From positions 1 through 64,000 of the IMG/VR virus record IMGVR_UViG_3300025418_000694: DNA of 64,000 nt, one strand, 5' to 3'. Origin of the DNA: a virus. The position numbers and the translations under genes are program-made. The notes beneath the pieces are model-generated. The model saw only the letters and a list, made by a program, of their open reading frames with translations, made no database searches and was not told the DNA's origin. Within the stretch, counting starts at the first letter, position 1; each line of letters opens with the position of its first letter. This document shows, piece after piece, positions 28,330-38,819 of this stretch.

Positions 28330-29709
28330 TTAGTATACGTATGTGAATGTTCCGTCTTGAGTTCCTGGGTTTTCACCAGTTGGAAGCTTGTATAGAACCA
28401 AGTTAACTGAGGAACCTACTGTTTGAGTTCCAGTTAAGCTCTGGCTGTAAACTGTTCCTGCATTGTCTACAGTAGCTCCTGTTGTGCGGTATGTGGTTGT
28501 TCCTGTGTCAAAATCAGCATTTCCAAGTAGGCGATCGGCCTCACGGTAAGTCTTTCCAGTGACTGTTGGAACTGTTGCTGTTGAAGCGGATGCTGCAATT
28601 GTCACTACTGCGTTTCCTGCAACACCTGTAAGTGCTGAGTCTGTAGCAGCATTTGTAACTGTGAACTGAGTAGCAGTTGCAGAAGCAATTGTTACAGCAG
28701 ACAAGTTAAATGCTGAAGCAGTTGTGTAGGTCTTTGCGTAGTACTGAGTACCAATTGGTTGAGATGAACCAGCTGATACATAGTTGTAAAGACCTGTGAT
28801 TGTCACAGTCTGTCCTGATGTAAATGCGTTGTTAGCTGTGTATGTAACAGTTGTGCCGTCAGATGAAACAGCAGTTACTGTTGCATATAGCTTTGTTGCT
28901 GGGTTGAATCCACCGTTAGCTGTGTTTTGTGGGAAAGCGTCCCAGCCATTGATAGCACGAACGTGGTTATCAGAAGGAACTGTTAGGCTTACTTGGCCAA
29001 CTGCTTGTGTGATATCCGCAGTAGCGATTGTATAGCTAGAGTAGTCTGTAGTTGTTCCCCATGCGTAGTCCGCACCAATTCCTGGAATAACTTCTAGGTT
29101 AACAGATGCCTTACCTGTAGCGCTTGATACAGCACGATCTTGGGTAGAGCTTGTAACTGTGAAGTTTGAAGAAGTTGCAGATGCAATTGCAACAGAGCTC
29201 TTGTTGTATGCAGATGTGTAAGTACCTGTAGCAGTTGAGGTTGAACCTGTAGCTGCTGAAGTTACTGTGAAGTTGGTGTTAGTTGTAACTGCCAAGATTG
29301 TCTTGCTTCCGTTAAATCCAGCAGCAGATGCGCCACTGATAACGATTGTTTGGCCAGCTGAAAGGCCTGTTGTTGAAGCTGTTGCATAAGTTACTACGCC
29401 AGCGTTTGCTGTGATACCTGTGATAGTTACTGTGCTTGATAGACCAGTAACTGTTACTAGCTCACCAGCAAGAAAGTTATTAGCTGATGTGTAGGTAATA
29501 GTTGTTCCGTCACCAGAAGCTGCTGTTACTACAGCAGTATCGATGTCAGATCCCGCAGAACCTGTAGTTCCGCCTGTTGCATTGTAGGTAACTGGTGATG
29601 TACCAGAACGGTCGTCGTTTGTTTGAATAGGCATATTGCCCCAAACAAAGTCAACAGCTACGTTACCTGAAGGGGCTTGCTTATAGCCCGAGTCACGAAT
29701 GACTGCCAT
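28330..29709 (-). CDS. Thr/Ala-rich virion protein with C-terminal PASTA-like domain
   Basis: VDFVWGNMP N-terminus; repeated YTA.N.F..GQ.VTITGL modules; TVPTVTG...GTVYSQS. Confidence 0.75.
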   Translation of the reverse strand: MAVIRDSGYKQAPSGNVAVDFVWGNMPIQTNDDRSGTSPVTYNATGGTTGSAGSDIDTAVVTAASGDGTTITYTSANNFLAGELVTVTGLSSTVTITGITANAGVVTYATASTTGLSAGQTIVISGASAAGFNGSKTILAVTTNTNFTVTSAATGSTSTATGTYTSAYNKSSVAIASATSSNFTVTSSTQDRAVSSATGKASVNLEVIPGIGADYAWGTTTDYSSYTIATADITQAVGQVSLTVPSDNHVRAINGWDAFPQNTANGGFNPATKLYATVTAVSSDGTTVTYTANNAFTSGQTVTITGLYNYVSAGSSQPIGTQYYAKTYTTASAFNLSAVTIASATATQFTVTNAATDSALTGVAGNAVVTIAASASTATVPTVTGKTYREADRLLGNADFDTGTTTYRTTGATVDNAGTVYSQSLTGTQTVGSSVNLVLYKLPTGENPGTQDGTFTYVY

Positions 29710-29816
29710 TTGATTTCCTATCTATAGATGGGTTTAACGTCCCATGCGCCTGGGACCTTATAAGTCTATCTATCAAACCCAAACATGTCGGGCTTTAATC
29801 AGAGAGGATTTGGTCT

Positions 29817-30296
29817 TTAGGCGCCCATAAAAAGAAAAATGTCTTGAAGACCAGCTGAAGTAGAAGACACGTTAGAGCCGTTGAAGTTACCGTTGTTATC
29901 AACATAACTAACTGTAGTTCCTGCTGAGTTTTTCCACTCTTGAAGGTTTGCTGTCTGTCCGCTTGTTGCTTGAATAACAAGACCTTTTACAGAAGCAGAA
30001 GATGGCGTAATTACGTTTGCGCTATCCCCAGTTTTACGAAGGTATTGAGTATGAGAATCTGCAACAACGCCTTTTTCAATATTAGCAAGGCGAGAAGTTA
30101 CTGTTAGGTAGTCAGTTGCTGTGTTTGCCCAACCAGAAGCAGAAGCCGCTGTAGCAAGAGAGGGACTAACTCCTAAAGTGTTTTCAATAGCAACTACTTC
30201 ATCTTGAATGGCATTTGGATGCCCTGCATCTATGATTTCGGTTACGTTTACGTGGGTAGTAAAAGTCTTTACTGAACTTGGATATGTAGCTGCCAT
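29817..30296 (-). CDS. Small virion/fibre protein
   Basis: Shares QTANLxEW.NS.GT with the collagen fibre; ends IFLFMGA. Confidence 0.7.
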   Translation of the reverse strand: MAATYPSSVKTFTTHVNVTEIIDAGHPNAIQDEVVAIENTLGVSPSLATAASASGWANTATDYLTVTSRLANIEKGVVADSHTQYLRKTGDSANVITPSSASVKGLVIQATSGQTANLQEWKNSAGTTVSYVDNNGNFNGSNVSSTSAGLQDIFLFMGA

Positions 30297-31077
30297 GTCA
30301 AGCCTTTCATTGGAAGTATAACTATGATACTTCCTGTTTGATTAGTTTTGGTGCTCTCCGTTAGGTCCTTTTCCAGGAGTGGAATAGGTTGCAATACTTG
30401 GGCGTTCTTGTGGGTTTAGATATGTGCGTCGTAGTCCAAAACGAGAATCACGAATAGTAGCTAGTTGAGCTTTTGGTTGTTTAAATTCTTTTTTTCTGTT
30501 CATGGTGTCCAGCGATTTTGCTGTTTAGCCTGTGTGTCTTTTCCTTTAATAACTGGGTTAACTACCCCTACTCGAGTGATACCTTCTCTAAATTGACGTG
30601 AAGCCCCTACTTTAATAGCAGCTTTAATAGGAGAGGTTGTCTCTGATTTTATCTCAGACTTAATGACAGACTTGTTATTTTTCATCTAACTTTTTAATCT
30701 TTCCAATTGACATTCCTGGAAGAGATGGCTGAGTATAGCGAGGCTTTCTTTCAGAAATAACTCCTGGCTTAGGAGCAGATTCTGTAACAGGCTTTGAAGT
30801 CTCTGTCTTATTTACTGAAGCCTTAGGCTTAGTTGTTTTAGTAGGTGCGCCAAACTGACGTCCCTTGTTTTTAGCAGGGGCTTTACCGCGCTTTAGAGAA
30901 CCTTTAACAATATTTCCAATAGCGGATGCCGCTTCAAGGTCAATAGAGCGTTTATTTATCATGTTCTGATTCTAGGTGTTTTTCTTCGCACGAGCGTGCT
31001 AAAGACGGAACCACCCATTTTTTGCCACATATAGTGCACCGATAGTTAGTGTCTAGGGGTTTACCCACACTATCTCC

Positions 31078-31278
31078 TTAGTGCAGTAGGTTGAACTCGC
31101 CTTCAGGGTCATAAACCTCTACGGCTTTTTTAACTAAGTCAGATCCCGCTTTACGGGCATGGTGTCCACAGAATAGAAGTTCACCGTTAATAAATGTAGC
31201 AATAACTCTGGCGGCAGCTCCGCAAGAATCGCAGCGGTCTTGAAGCGTAAGTTCTCTACGAGCAACTGTAGTTGGCAC
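31078..31278 (-). CDS. Small actinobacterial-type Zn-binding protein (DUF7455-like)
   Basis: LTLQDRCDSCGA.A...GELLFCGHH. Confidence 0.7.
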   Translation of the reverse strand: MPTTVARRELTLQDRCDSCGAAARVIATFINGELLFCGHHARKAGSDLVKKAVEVYDPEGEFNLLH

Positions 31279-32033
31279 TATTACTCCTTAGAAAGGGGCT
31301 TTACCGTCAGTAGGAATGAAAGGTTTTTTCTCATTACCTGAAGCGGTTAATTTTTTATGCTCTTCCTCTGCATGCTTATCAAACTCAACCCAGTCTTCAT
31401 TTGTCATTGTTGTGAATGGGTCTGGAAAACCTTGGTCACTATCGCGTTTCATGCTACACCGCTTCCGCCTGCTGTTGGAGCTGCACCTGCAGCAGCACCG
31501 CTTCCTGAATTCATACTAGCACCTTCGGCGCTTTCTTGTGCAGCAGTCTCTCCAACTTCTGACATTGGAGATTCACCTTTTTCTGACATAGGTGATTCAG
31601 CGCCAAAATTACCAACAATACCGCTTCCACCAATAGTTAAATAAGAAGGATTAATAGTAGATGTGCTTGGATCCCAAAAACCTCTTGCAGGGTATTGTTC
31701 ATGGTAACGAGTGCGCTTAGAGTATTTCATTACTTATTCTCGTCTAAAATCTCTTTTAAATTCGGTACGCCTGTTCTTGTTTCTTTAGGCTTCTTATCTG
31801 CATTTAGAATGTCCACAAGGCTAGGAATAGCTTTAGGAAATTGTGTCTCATCAGTATTCACTACATACCTCCTAGGTATTTTTTACGTCGTTCAGAAAAA
31901 GCTGCTTGGTTCTTAACCGCTTCTACAATATCAGGCGCTGCAGTCTTTAACGCTTCTGGAGATTGCTTAGCAGTCTGCACTTGCCAGTCAAACTCTTCTT
32001 GGCGCTTAGATTGAGCATCTTGTTGGCGGTTAA

Positions 32034-32324
32034 TCACTTCTCATTCTCTTTCTTACCTGCACGACGTTTATTTTCTTTAGCAGTATTCTTGCCGTGCTTT
32101 AGGGCTCTTAAGTTACCTTTGCTGTCATTGCTGTGATTGTTGTCTTTATGATCAACGTCTACATTGCGAGGTAGCTTACCGTTCTTTCCCTCATAGTCAG
32201 CGCGAGCTTTATTTTTAGAAGTAGTAACCCACTTATCGCCTACTTTTTTCTTGTAGACGTAAATAGGGCGTCCGCCATTAGCGGCAGAGCCTTTATAAGG
32301 CCCAAACTTCTTTGTCTCAGCCAT
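32034..32324 (-). CDS. HNH-motif protein
   Basis: DVDHKDNNHSNDSKGNLRAL..GKN. Confidence 0.75.
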   Translation of the reverse strand: MAETKKFGPYKGSAANGGRPIYVYKKKVGDKWVTTSKNKARADYEGKNGKLPRNVDVDHKDNNHSNDSKGNLRALKHGKNTAKENKRRAGKKENEK

Positions 32325-32480
32325 TTTTCTTTTTCTTCTTAGCCATAGCCATGTTGTCAATCAGGTTTGGATAAGGACGACCAGCAGCTTTAGCGCGTGC
32401 CTTTGCTGCAGCCTTCTTCTTTGGCGTTAAAGCCTTAGACTTCTTCTTTGGATCTGGGGTGTCCCATACTTCTTTAGCCA

Positions 32481-32741
32481 TTAGCAATCCCACTTTCTTA
32501 ATGCAAGCGCTTTACGAGTTGGCTTGCCGTTGTCCCCAATCATAGGGCCTGGCATGCCTCCCATACGGGCGCAAAATGATTTACGGCGTGAAGCAGCCTT
32601 TGGAGACTTTCGTGCCTCCTTAGCCGATACAGGGGGCTTTAAATGATGTCCCTCACGGGCAGCAGAAGCTCTACCTTTAGCGTTTAGTCCGCCTTTTGGG
32701 TTTTGTCCTTCTTTACGAGTCCAAGCAGGTGATTTAGCCAT
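32481..32741 (-). CDS. DUF6321-like small basic phage protein
   Basis: AWTRKEGQNPKGGLNAKGRAS...RRKSFCARM...ALRKWDC. Confidence 0.75.
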   Translation of the reverse strand: MAKSPAWTRKEGQNPKGGLNAKGRASAAREGHHLKPPVSAKEARKSPKAASRRKSFCARMGGMPGPMIGDNGKPTRKALALRKWDC

Positions 32742-33216
32742 TTACTTATCTCCATGTTTATGTGATGCTTTACGGTGCCAGTCTTTAACTGCCTGCTCAC
32801 CCTCTTCTACAGAGTGAACGCCAGCCTTCTTAGTAAGGTCAATTTTGTCCCACTTAGGGTCATTCTTACCAGCGTGGTCAACAATAACGTCTCCACCCTT
32901 TTCATATACAGTGTGCATTGTTCCGCCTGCAACTACTTTTGCAACACGGCGCTTATCGTGGGCTCTATCTTTAGCCATTAGTACTCCTTGTTCATTGTAC
33001 GTTTTGATCGATTAAGAATGTCTGCAGATTGCTCTGATACGTTATAGCGTCCATATGAGGCGCGTGGGCCGTCATATTGACCGACATGTACTACGCGAAA
33101 CTCATTTAGACGAGAGCGCTTTTGTTTCATCTCTTTATTCTTCTTATCGCCCTCTTTCTTAGGTCCAAATTCACCTAGAGCTCTTTGAGCGCGTGTACGA
33201 CCTAGTGCTGGGTCTT

Positions 33217-33603
33217 TCATGCGCGCTTTCTCCATTCATCGTGTTCTACAGGAACAAGAATGTTAGGGTCAATATCAGCAGCGGCTGCAACACGATGGTG
33301 CCCTTCATTCAGCTGATACCCCTTTGGGTGAAATACGCTAGAATCAAAGTTACGAATAAGTTCTACTGGTTTTTTAACACCTTCTCGTTTAATAGAATCA
33401 TATAAAGAAGCTCCCTTACGTACGCGTGTAGGTTGGTAGCGTGCGTTACGAATTGCGCCTGTCTTTGCTTCTCGTAATTTGTAATTCCACAAATTCTCCA
33501 TGTCACCACCGCCTGGGTCTGCAGAGGTATTTACTTTAGACTTAATCTCACCAGCCCTCATAAACATAGGAAGCTGCTCCCACTGACCTTCAGAGCGGTT
33601 CAT
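33217..33603 (-). CDS. ParB/Srx-like N-terminal domain protein
   Basis: SIKREGVKKPV...LNEGHHRVAAA. Confidence 0.7.
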   Translation of the reverse strand: MNRSEGQWEQLPMFMRAGEIKSKVNTSADPGGGDMENLWNYKLREAKTGAIRNARYQPTRVRKGASLYDSIKREGVKKPVELIRNFDSSVFHPKGYQLNEGHHRVAAAADIDPNILVPVEHDEWRKRA

Positions 33604-34377
33604 TTACCCATCTCCTCTAAGTACTCTAAATAAGCTAGCATAAGCATATTTATTAAGCGATCTTTCTTCTCTTTGTGCTTTTCATCAAAGTGGCGCACCC
33701 AGTCCTGGCCTGAGAATCGCACGCTTGCACATCCATTGTTGACATCTGCCCAGCAAAGTTTGGCAATTTCAGATATGTTACTAGGAACGTCCATCTGTTC
33801 CCATAACCAAGTTGAGAAGTGCATATTAACGCGGTGGAAGTCCGCGACGCTTTCTTACTGCTTCATTGCGCACATTTCTCATACTCTTCATATTCCAGAT
33901 TGCGTCTTCTCCGCGCTCAATCATCTTATCTTCTGCGCGTTTTTTCTGAGCGTAACCTGTAGATAGATCAATTTGTACGCCCTTAGCTTTGCTCTTCTTA
34001 CTGCTGCTATCAACCCAAGAGCCCATCATGGCTTTTTTATCTTTAGTCTCATGCTTAAGGCGATTAAAGTGCATAGAGAATTGACGAGGCGTAAGCGTAG
34101 TCTGTCCTGGGGCATACTCAGTGTTAACAGGCATACCAGTTCTTTGGGACTTCTCTTTACCAACAATGTGCATCTTCTCGCCTGGTTGGGCTAGCTTCAT
34201 TGAGTTAAGGTTGATGGAGGCGCCCCCAAAATCCCTTGTGCTATTAATAAAATCTTGCGCAGCCTGAGGTTGCTCAGCAAGGGTACGGACTTCGCGTTTA
34301 GAGCGCTCGTGGTCACTTAAGTCGCCATATAACATGCTAGTATTCTCTCGTAAAAGGTCGAGAGAAAAAGGTTAAAG

Positions 34378-34554
34378 ATGGCCGTAGATATTGTGGCAGT
34401 AGATGTCGATCCTACCGTTTGGCAAGCTTATTGCGAAGAGTGCGATAAGTATGTCAGCGATTCGACCGCGGATATTCAGTACGCCGAAAAGAAAGGGTTA
34501 GTACACCTGGCCAGCACTCATATAGACCACAGTAGTGTGGAGATACTCAAATAA
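34378..34554 (+). CDS. 58-aa hypothetical Zn-binding protein
   Basis: Own translation MAVDIVAVDVDPTVWQAYCEEC...HLASTH. Confidence 0.45.
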   Translation: MAVDIVAVDVDPTVWQAYCEECDKYVSDSTADIQYAEKKGLVHLASTHIDHSSVEILK

Positions 34555-35375
34555 CTATCTGCAGTCCATGCAGTAGTTCATAACTCTTAATTCGCTCTCA
34601 GGAAGTTCTATCTTCCGCGAGCAGTGTGCACACCTAGTGTTATCTCTTAGAGCTCTGAGGTTGCGCTCTCTATTAAAGGTCATTTCATGGGTATAGAACA
34701 ATTTAGCTGCGTAGGCGCCTAATAGCGCGGTTATGATTGAGTTCATTTTCCACCTGTATCCATAAGGTAAGCATGACGTAGAGCTGATTGTGGGGTTAAT
34801 TCCTTCTCAATGGCTTTGATGGTATGGCAAGGGTATTCAACTGGTTCCCATTCAGAACTATCATAAATGCAGTATTCACCCTTTTCATCTGGCTTATGTA
34901 ATTCTACTACCGCACGAAGGGCTTTTCGTAAAGCGTATTCGTAGTCGTGTTTCCCTTCAATCAATCTTAACAGCAAGTTAACGTGTTTCATTTAATGCTC
35001 TCTTTCTCCCACTCTTCATATGCTAAAGCAAAGTCCACTATATCTAACCCATCTTGGGCGTTATAGTTCTCTTCTTCTAGGTACTCAAAGAAGTCTTCAT
35101 CTACAACTACTACTGGTAGATCCAACCCTTTTAGTCGATGGCCATCAAGTGAGGCCACCATCTCAAACTCTTTCATTAGTTGACCTTACAGTATCTGCAT
35201 TGGCAAAGTCCATTTACGCACGGACACTCTTCATCTGATTGCAATAAACCCGTACCGTAGCACCAGTAACAGGCAGATATCTCTCTATCCATTACTCGTC
35301 CCCGTTCTGATAACCGCACTTAATGCAGACCCAGTTATCCTCATCCTCATCAAAGACAAAGTGATGCTCACACAT
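34555..35375 (-). other. Operon of five small ORFs (35292-35375, 35176-35292, 34988-35176, 34743-34991, 34555-34746), four Cys-rich
   Basis: TAATG/ATGA couplings; leaderless-type TGA-TAGGAT-N6-ATG at 35375. Confidence 0.6.
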
Positions 35376-35499
35376 GGACCAATCCTATCATAAGCGCGAT
35401 GATCCTCACCTTGGGCTACTGCCTAACAAACTTAGGTCATACCTGTGGATTTCACCTGGCAGCCATGTCTATTTGTCGACAATTTAACCCTAGGGGGGT

Positions 35500-35574
35500 C
35501 TGAGAATAGTCTGAGAATAGTCTGAGAATAGGCTGTGAATAATGGGCGGGAATAAATAGGTGATAGGTTTGGTT
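35500..35574 (+). promoter_or_regulatory. P1: four 11-bp-phased CTGAGA/CTGTGA boxes plus GGGAAT-N17-GGTT promoter of the sigma gene
   Basis: Boxes at 35500, 35511, 35522, 35533; GGGAAT at 35548; GGTT at 35571. Confidence 0.8.
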
Positions 35575-35616
35575 CACTAAGCAAGTGAGCAAGGGGCTCA
35601 CTGATAGGGGTACAAA

Positions 35617-36111
35617 ATGGACAAGGCACAACTAAGCAAGGACATACTAAACTATCAAGGGATGCTTTATGGTTACGCCATGAAACTAACTAATGGCAAT
35701 TCACATGACTCTCTCGATTTGGTACAGGATACTTTCGAGAAAGCGCTCGCTAATAGTGAGAAGTTTGACGGGGCTAATCTTCAAGCGTGGCTTCACACTA
35801 TCCTCCGCAATCAATTCATCAACGTTTACCGCAAGCAGTCTCGCATGGTAGTGGCTGATGAAACCGCGCTAGTGGAATTAGAAACAGAAACCGCGCCTAG
35901 CGCAGAGTACCGCGCAATTTTCAATCACTTTTCGCCTAAAGTCTCTCAAGCCTTACAGGCTCTAGGGGATGACTTTCTAAAGGTTGTCTACCTAGTAGAC
36001 ATAGAGGGTTTCACTTATGAGGAAACCGCTAATCAACTAGGCGTTAAAACCGCCACAGTAGGCACACGCCTAAACCGCGCACATAAGGTTCTAAGGGAGG
36101 CTCTAGCATGA
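35617..36111 (+). CDS. ECF sigma factor, SigH/SigR-like
   Basis: Region 2 DLVQDTFEKA, NLQAWLHTILRNQFINVYRK; region 4 DIEGFTYEETANQLGVKTATVGTRLNRA. Confidence 0.92.
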   Translation: MDKAQLSKDILNYQGMLYGYAMKLTNGNSHDSLDLVQDTFEKALANSEKFDGANLQAWLHTILRNQFINVYRKQSRMVVADETALVELETETAPSAEYRAIFNHFSPKVSQALQALGDDFLKVVYLVDIEGFTYEETANQLGVKTATVGTRLNRAHKVLREALA

Positions 36112-36200
36112 ACCCACTCACAAGCGGACTCCCAATCACAATTCTGTGGTTGGGGGCGAGCATAAGTTTCTACCTACTGATTAGGGACTTAACGAAATAA
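36108..36200 (+). CDS. 30-aa single-TM peptide coupled to the sigma gene
   Basis: ATGA overlap, GGGAGG RBS; MNPLTSGLPITILWLGASISFYLLIRDLTK. Confidence 0.55.
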   Translation: MNPLTSGLPITILWLGASISFYLLIRDLTK

Positions 36201-36202
36201 GA

Positions 36203-36230
36203 AGGGGCGCGGGAAACCGCGCCTCTCTCT
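36203..36230 (+). terminator. Hairpin closing the sigma transcript
   Basis: AGGGGCGCGG-GAAA-CCGCGCCTCT. Confidence 0.65.
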
Positions 36231-36332
36231 CGATTCCCCGTAGGGGTATGGGGAGGGTGGGCCAACACAAACAATTGGCATTGGGAGCAAGGCATTAGGG
36301 AAGTGTTTACAATTCCCTAAAAGTGTTTATTC

Positions 36333-36396
36333 CTGAGAGATTCCTGAGAATTATCTGGAAATTACCTTAGGGAATAATAACCAACCCTAACCCGTT
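36333..36396 (+). promoter_or_regulatory. P2: three phased boxes plus GGGAAT-N17-CGTT
   Basis: CTGAGA at 36333 and 36344, CTGGAA at 36355; GGGAAT at 36370; CGTT at 36393. Confidence 0.82.
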
Positions 36397-36437
36397 ATAC
36401 AGGTACAAGGTCGGAAACGCCGACAAAAGGGGAAAAA

Positions 36438-37227
36438 ATGAACCACTTATACAAAAGCAATTATTCAAGCCTTACTGATGTAGATGTACAGATGGATGTA
36501 CGCGACAGCACCAACGGGGATGTCATGTTCGAGATGAACATGTCTAGTTGGCATGATAATAATACCTATCATGTCATGGAGCAATTCATCCTTACAGAGG
36601 CGCAGGCGCGCTCACTAAAAGAAGCACTAGAGACTTATCTAGAGGCTAAGTATGATGAGCGTGAAGCAGTTGCCCTAGCGCAATTTGACGCAGTACGTGA
36701 CGACCTATTTGAAGTGGAGGCAGAATAGTGGAAACACTATCAGCACTAGCAATTAAGAAAGATTCGGTGACTAGAGAAATGCTAGCCAGCGAGTTAGATG
36801 AAATGAACGCAGATTCACGCGCCTATTGTCTAATGCAGGTAATCGGACACCTAGAGTTAGACAAGGCACAAGGTCAAGAGTTATTCCCACTCTGGACAGC
36901 GTGGGTTACTGCTCGCAGTATTAACAATGACGCTTACGGATTGAGGGACTAATGGGACATAATTTCGCACAAGAATTGGCTAGCGGGGAGTTAACACTCC
37001 CCCTAGAGGAGGCTATAGCGATTCACCTAAGAAGTAATCACTATCCACCCGTACCGCTTTCTATGGTAACCCCCTGTATAGAAGCCATAGATAAATGCAA
37101 CGAGGGTGATTCTGGCGCGCTAATAGACTTACCCGATCCAATTAAATGGAAAGGCGCAAGCCAAGCACCAGCGTATGCAGTAATAGAAGGTCATCACTTA
37201 GAACCATGGGTTCAATGGGATGACTAA
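36438..37227 (+). other. Three small early ORFs (36438-36728, 36728-36952, 36952-37227)
   Basis: Coupled ORFs with RBSs, under P2. Confidence 0.7.
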
Positions 37228-37228
37228 C

Positions 37229-37363
37229 CCCAGATAGGGAGGCTACCCCCTAGCCTCCCTAATTTGAAATGCTTGCCAAAAGCAAGGCGTGTTATGCCGC
37301 AGCCATAACCGAGGACTCACTCGAACTGGGATTAAAGCCACCAAATCGGTGGCTTTACTATTT
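37229..37363 (+). ncRNA. Candidate multibranch RNA followed by a terminator
   Basis: CCCAG/CTGGG closes four hairpins; TAAAGCCACC/GGTGGCTTTA terminator at 37333-37357. Confidence 0.35.
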
Positions 37364-37445
37364 AACTCCCTGACGGCATTGGGTTAGGCATTGACCAACA
37401 CAAACATTAGGCTTTCGGGTATTGGCGCAAACTCCCCAAACAAAA

Positions 37446-37519
37446 CTGAGAGATTTCTGAGAATTGGCTGAGAATTGCCTGGAAATAGCGGCGGGAATAA
37501 ATTGGGGTTATGAGCCGTT
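37446..37519 (+). promoter_or_regulatory. P3: four phased boxes plus GGGAAT-N17-CGTT
   Basis: CTGAGA at 37446, 37457, 37468, CTGGAA at 37479; GGGAAT at 37493; CGTT at 37516. Confidence 0.85.
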
Positions 37520-37563
37520 ATACAGATGAATAGCCACACGGGTTATTCGGGAAAGGTAATCAA

Positions 37564-38082
37564 ATGCTAACTGATACACAATCTCGCGAGATTAACCATC
37601 TCGTATTGCAATTATCTGCTGATTTAACAGTAGCGCCCGACTTTATAGTTGAGGCTATCCGCGAGGATGAAAGCGTAAACGCGCTAGTCTATCGCTGGCT
37701 CACACGTGGGGGAGTGGAATACCGCTCAATCCTAGACCTACTCAATGGGATGTTCTAATGATTAAATTCCCACACACAATTAAATTGGTTGCTGAATTAG
37801 ATGAAAATAATCCAAGCACCAAGGCGCTCCAAGCGCTACCAGAATACCTACAGCATAAATTGCTTGAAGAAGCGTTTATTGGAGCACTAAATAGATTAAG
37901 CGTGTTTGATACCATAAATGAGGGCTCAACATGGGGAATAGTTAAGGTGGATACCAATGGATGAACAAGCCGAGCGTATCAAGGAGCGCATGTCCGAGGA
38001 GTTAGATGACATCCTAGCCAATGGAGACCTGCAAGCGTTCGAGGAATTATTCGAGGATCGAGACCCGTTCGAATTCCTATAA
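37564..38082 (+). other. Three small early ORFs (37564-37758, 37758-37964, acidic 37957-38082)
   Basis: Coupled ORFs; the last reads MDEQAERIKERMSEELDDILANGDLQAFEELFEDRDPFEFL. Confidence 0.65.
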
Positions 38083-38094
38083 CAAAAGTGGGGC

Positions 38095-38121
38095 GGGAAT
38101 AAAAAGCCCGCCCCAATCGTT
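38095..38121 (+). promoter_or_regulatory. P4: GGGAAT-N17-CGTT embedded in a GC-rich inverted repeat
   Basis: GGGAAT at 38095, CGTT at 38118; TGGGGCGGG/CCCGCCCCA arms. Confidence 0.75.
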
Positions 38122-38143
38122 ACAGCAACAGAAGGGAGGAAAC

Positions 38144-38476
38144 ATGGAAAATGAAGTAGATGTGCTGCTTAAGCGCCTAAAAGAATTGGGCGTAGAGGCT
38201 AAGCCCGTTCGTGTCAATGAGCGCCAAAAGGCTACGCTACAAAAAATTGTAGAGGCTGATGTCGCTATTAAAGAAGCGCGGGAAACTATCAAGCAGGCTA
38301 CAGAAAATTGGCGCGTATCTAGGGAAACACTAGACCGCCTATTAGTAGAAGCCCGTAAGATGAAAGTAACCCAAGCAGAAATTGGCAAAGCCCTTGGTAT
38401 TAGCAATGGCTCTGTATCAAGTAGGACAATTACGGCACGCCGTAGAGTCCGTAAAAGAAACCGCACCAAGAAATAA
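38144..38476 (+). CDS. Coiled-coil plus helix-turn-helix DNA-binding protein
   Basis: GGAGG RBS before ATG at 38144; VTQAEIGKALGISNGSVSSR HTH. Confidence 0.75.
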   Translation: MENEVDVLLKRLKELGVEAKPVRVNERQKATLQKIVEADVAIKEARETIKQATENWRVSRETLDRLLVEARKMKVTQAEIGKALGISNGSVSSRTITARRRVRKRNRTKK

Positions 38477-38595
38477 CCGATAAATTTCTGAGGCTATCCG
38501 TCGCCAATCGAAGCCGTAATTGCCTCAGTTCCCCAAAGTAGGTGGTTGGTTCCCACCTGCTAGAGCGCGGGTATACCTTCCCCCCGCGCTCACCC

Positions 38596-38771
38596 CTAAA
38601 ATGTTTGTGTTGAACCCGCCCGCCCACATGCCTGAAGGGAATAAGCCAATTGGACAATTGTTAAACAATTGTCCAACACAAACATTCCTAGCCCAAAGTG
38701 AACATTAGGTGAACATTACCTGAGAGAAACCTGTGAATAGAGATGGGAATAATGAGAGGGTAGTATCCGTT
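38596..38771 (+). repeat. Regulatory module copy A (inverted CAACACAAACA, palindrome, phased boxes, promoter P5)
   Basis: Aligns with 39751-39937; boxes at 38698, 38709, 38720, 38731; GGGAAT at 38745; CGTT at 38768. Confidence 0.85.
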
Positions 38772-38819
38772 CTACTATTGAAAGCGAAACCAACCAAGCG
38801 CTTTCAGAATAGGACAAAA

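Larger units (their letters stand above)
30342..34335 (-). other. Array of about 18 small, mostly basic, translationally coupled ORFs
   Basis: Includes track ORFs 30500, 30675, 31449, 32742, 32978, 33600, 33826 and short ORFs read by hand (30342-30503, 31288-31452, 31730-31861, 32317-32481). Confidence 0.65.

Noticed and set aside
35444-35453. DnaA box (TGTGGATTT) as an origin marker
   Set aside because: Single mismatched copy, expected by chance
38021-38819. Track starts at 38021 and 38733 and the ORF at 38520..38708
   Set aside because: They run across promoters and repeat modules; SD-supported starts are 38144 and 38820
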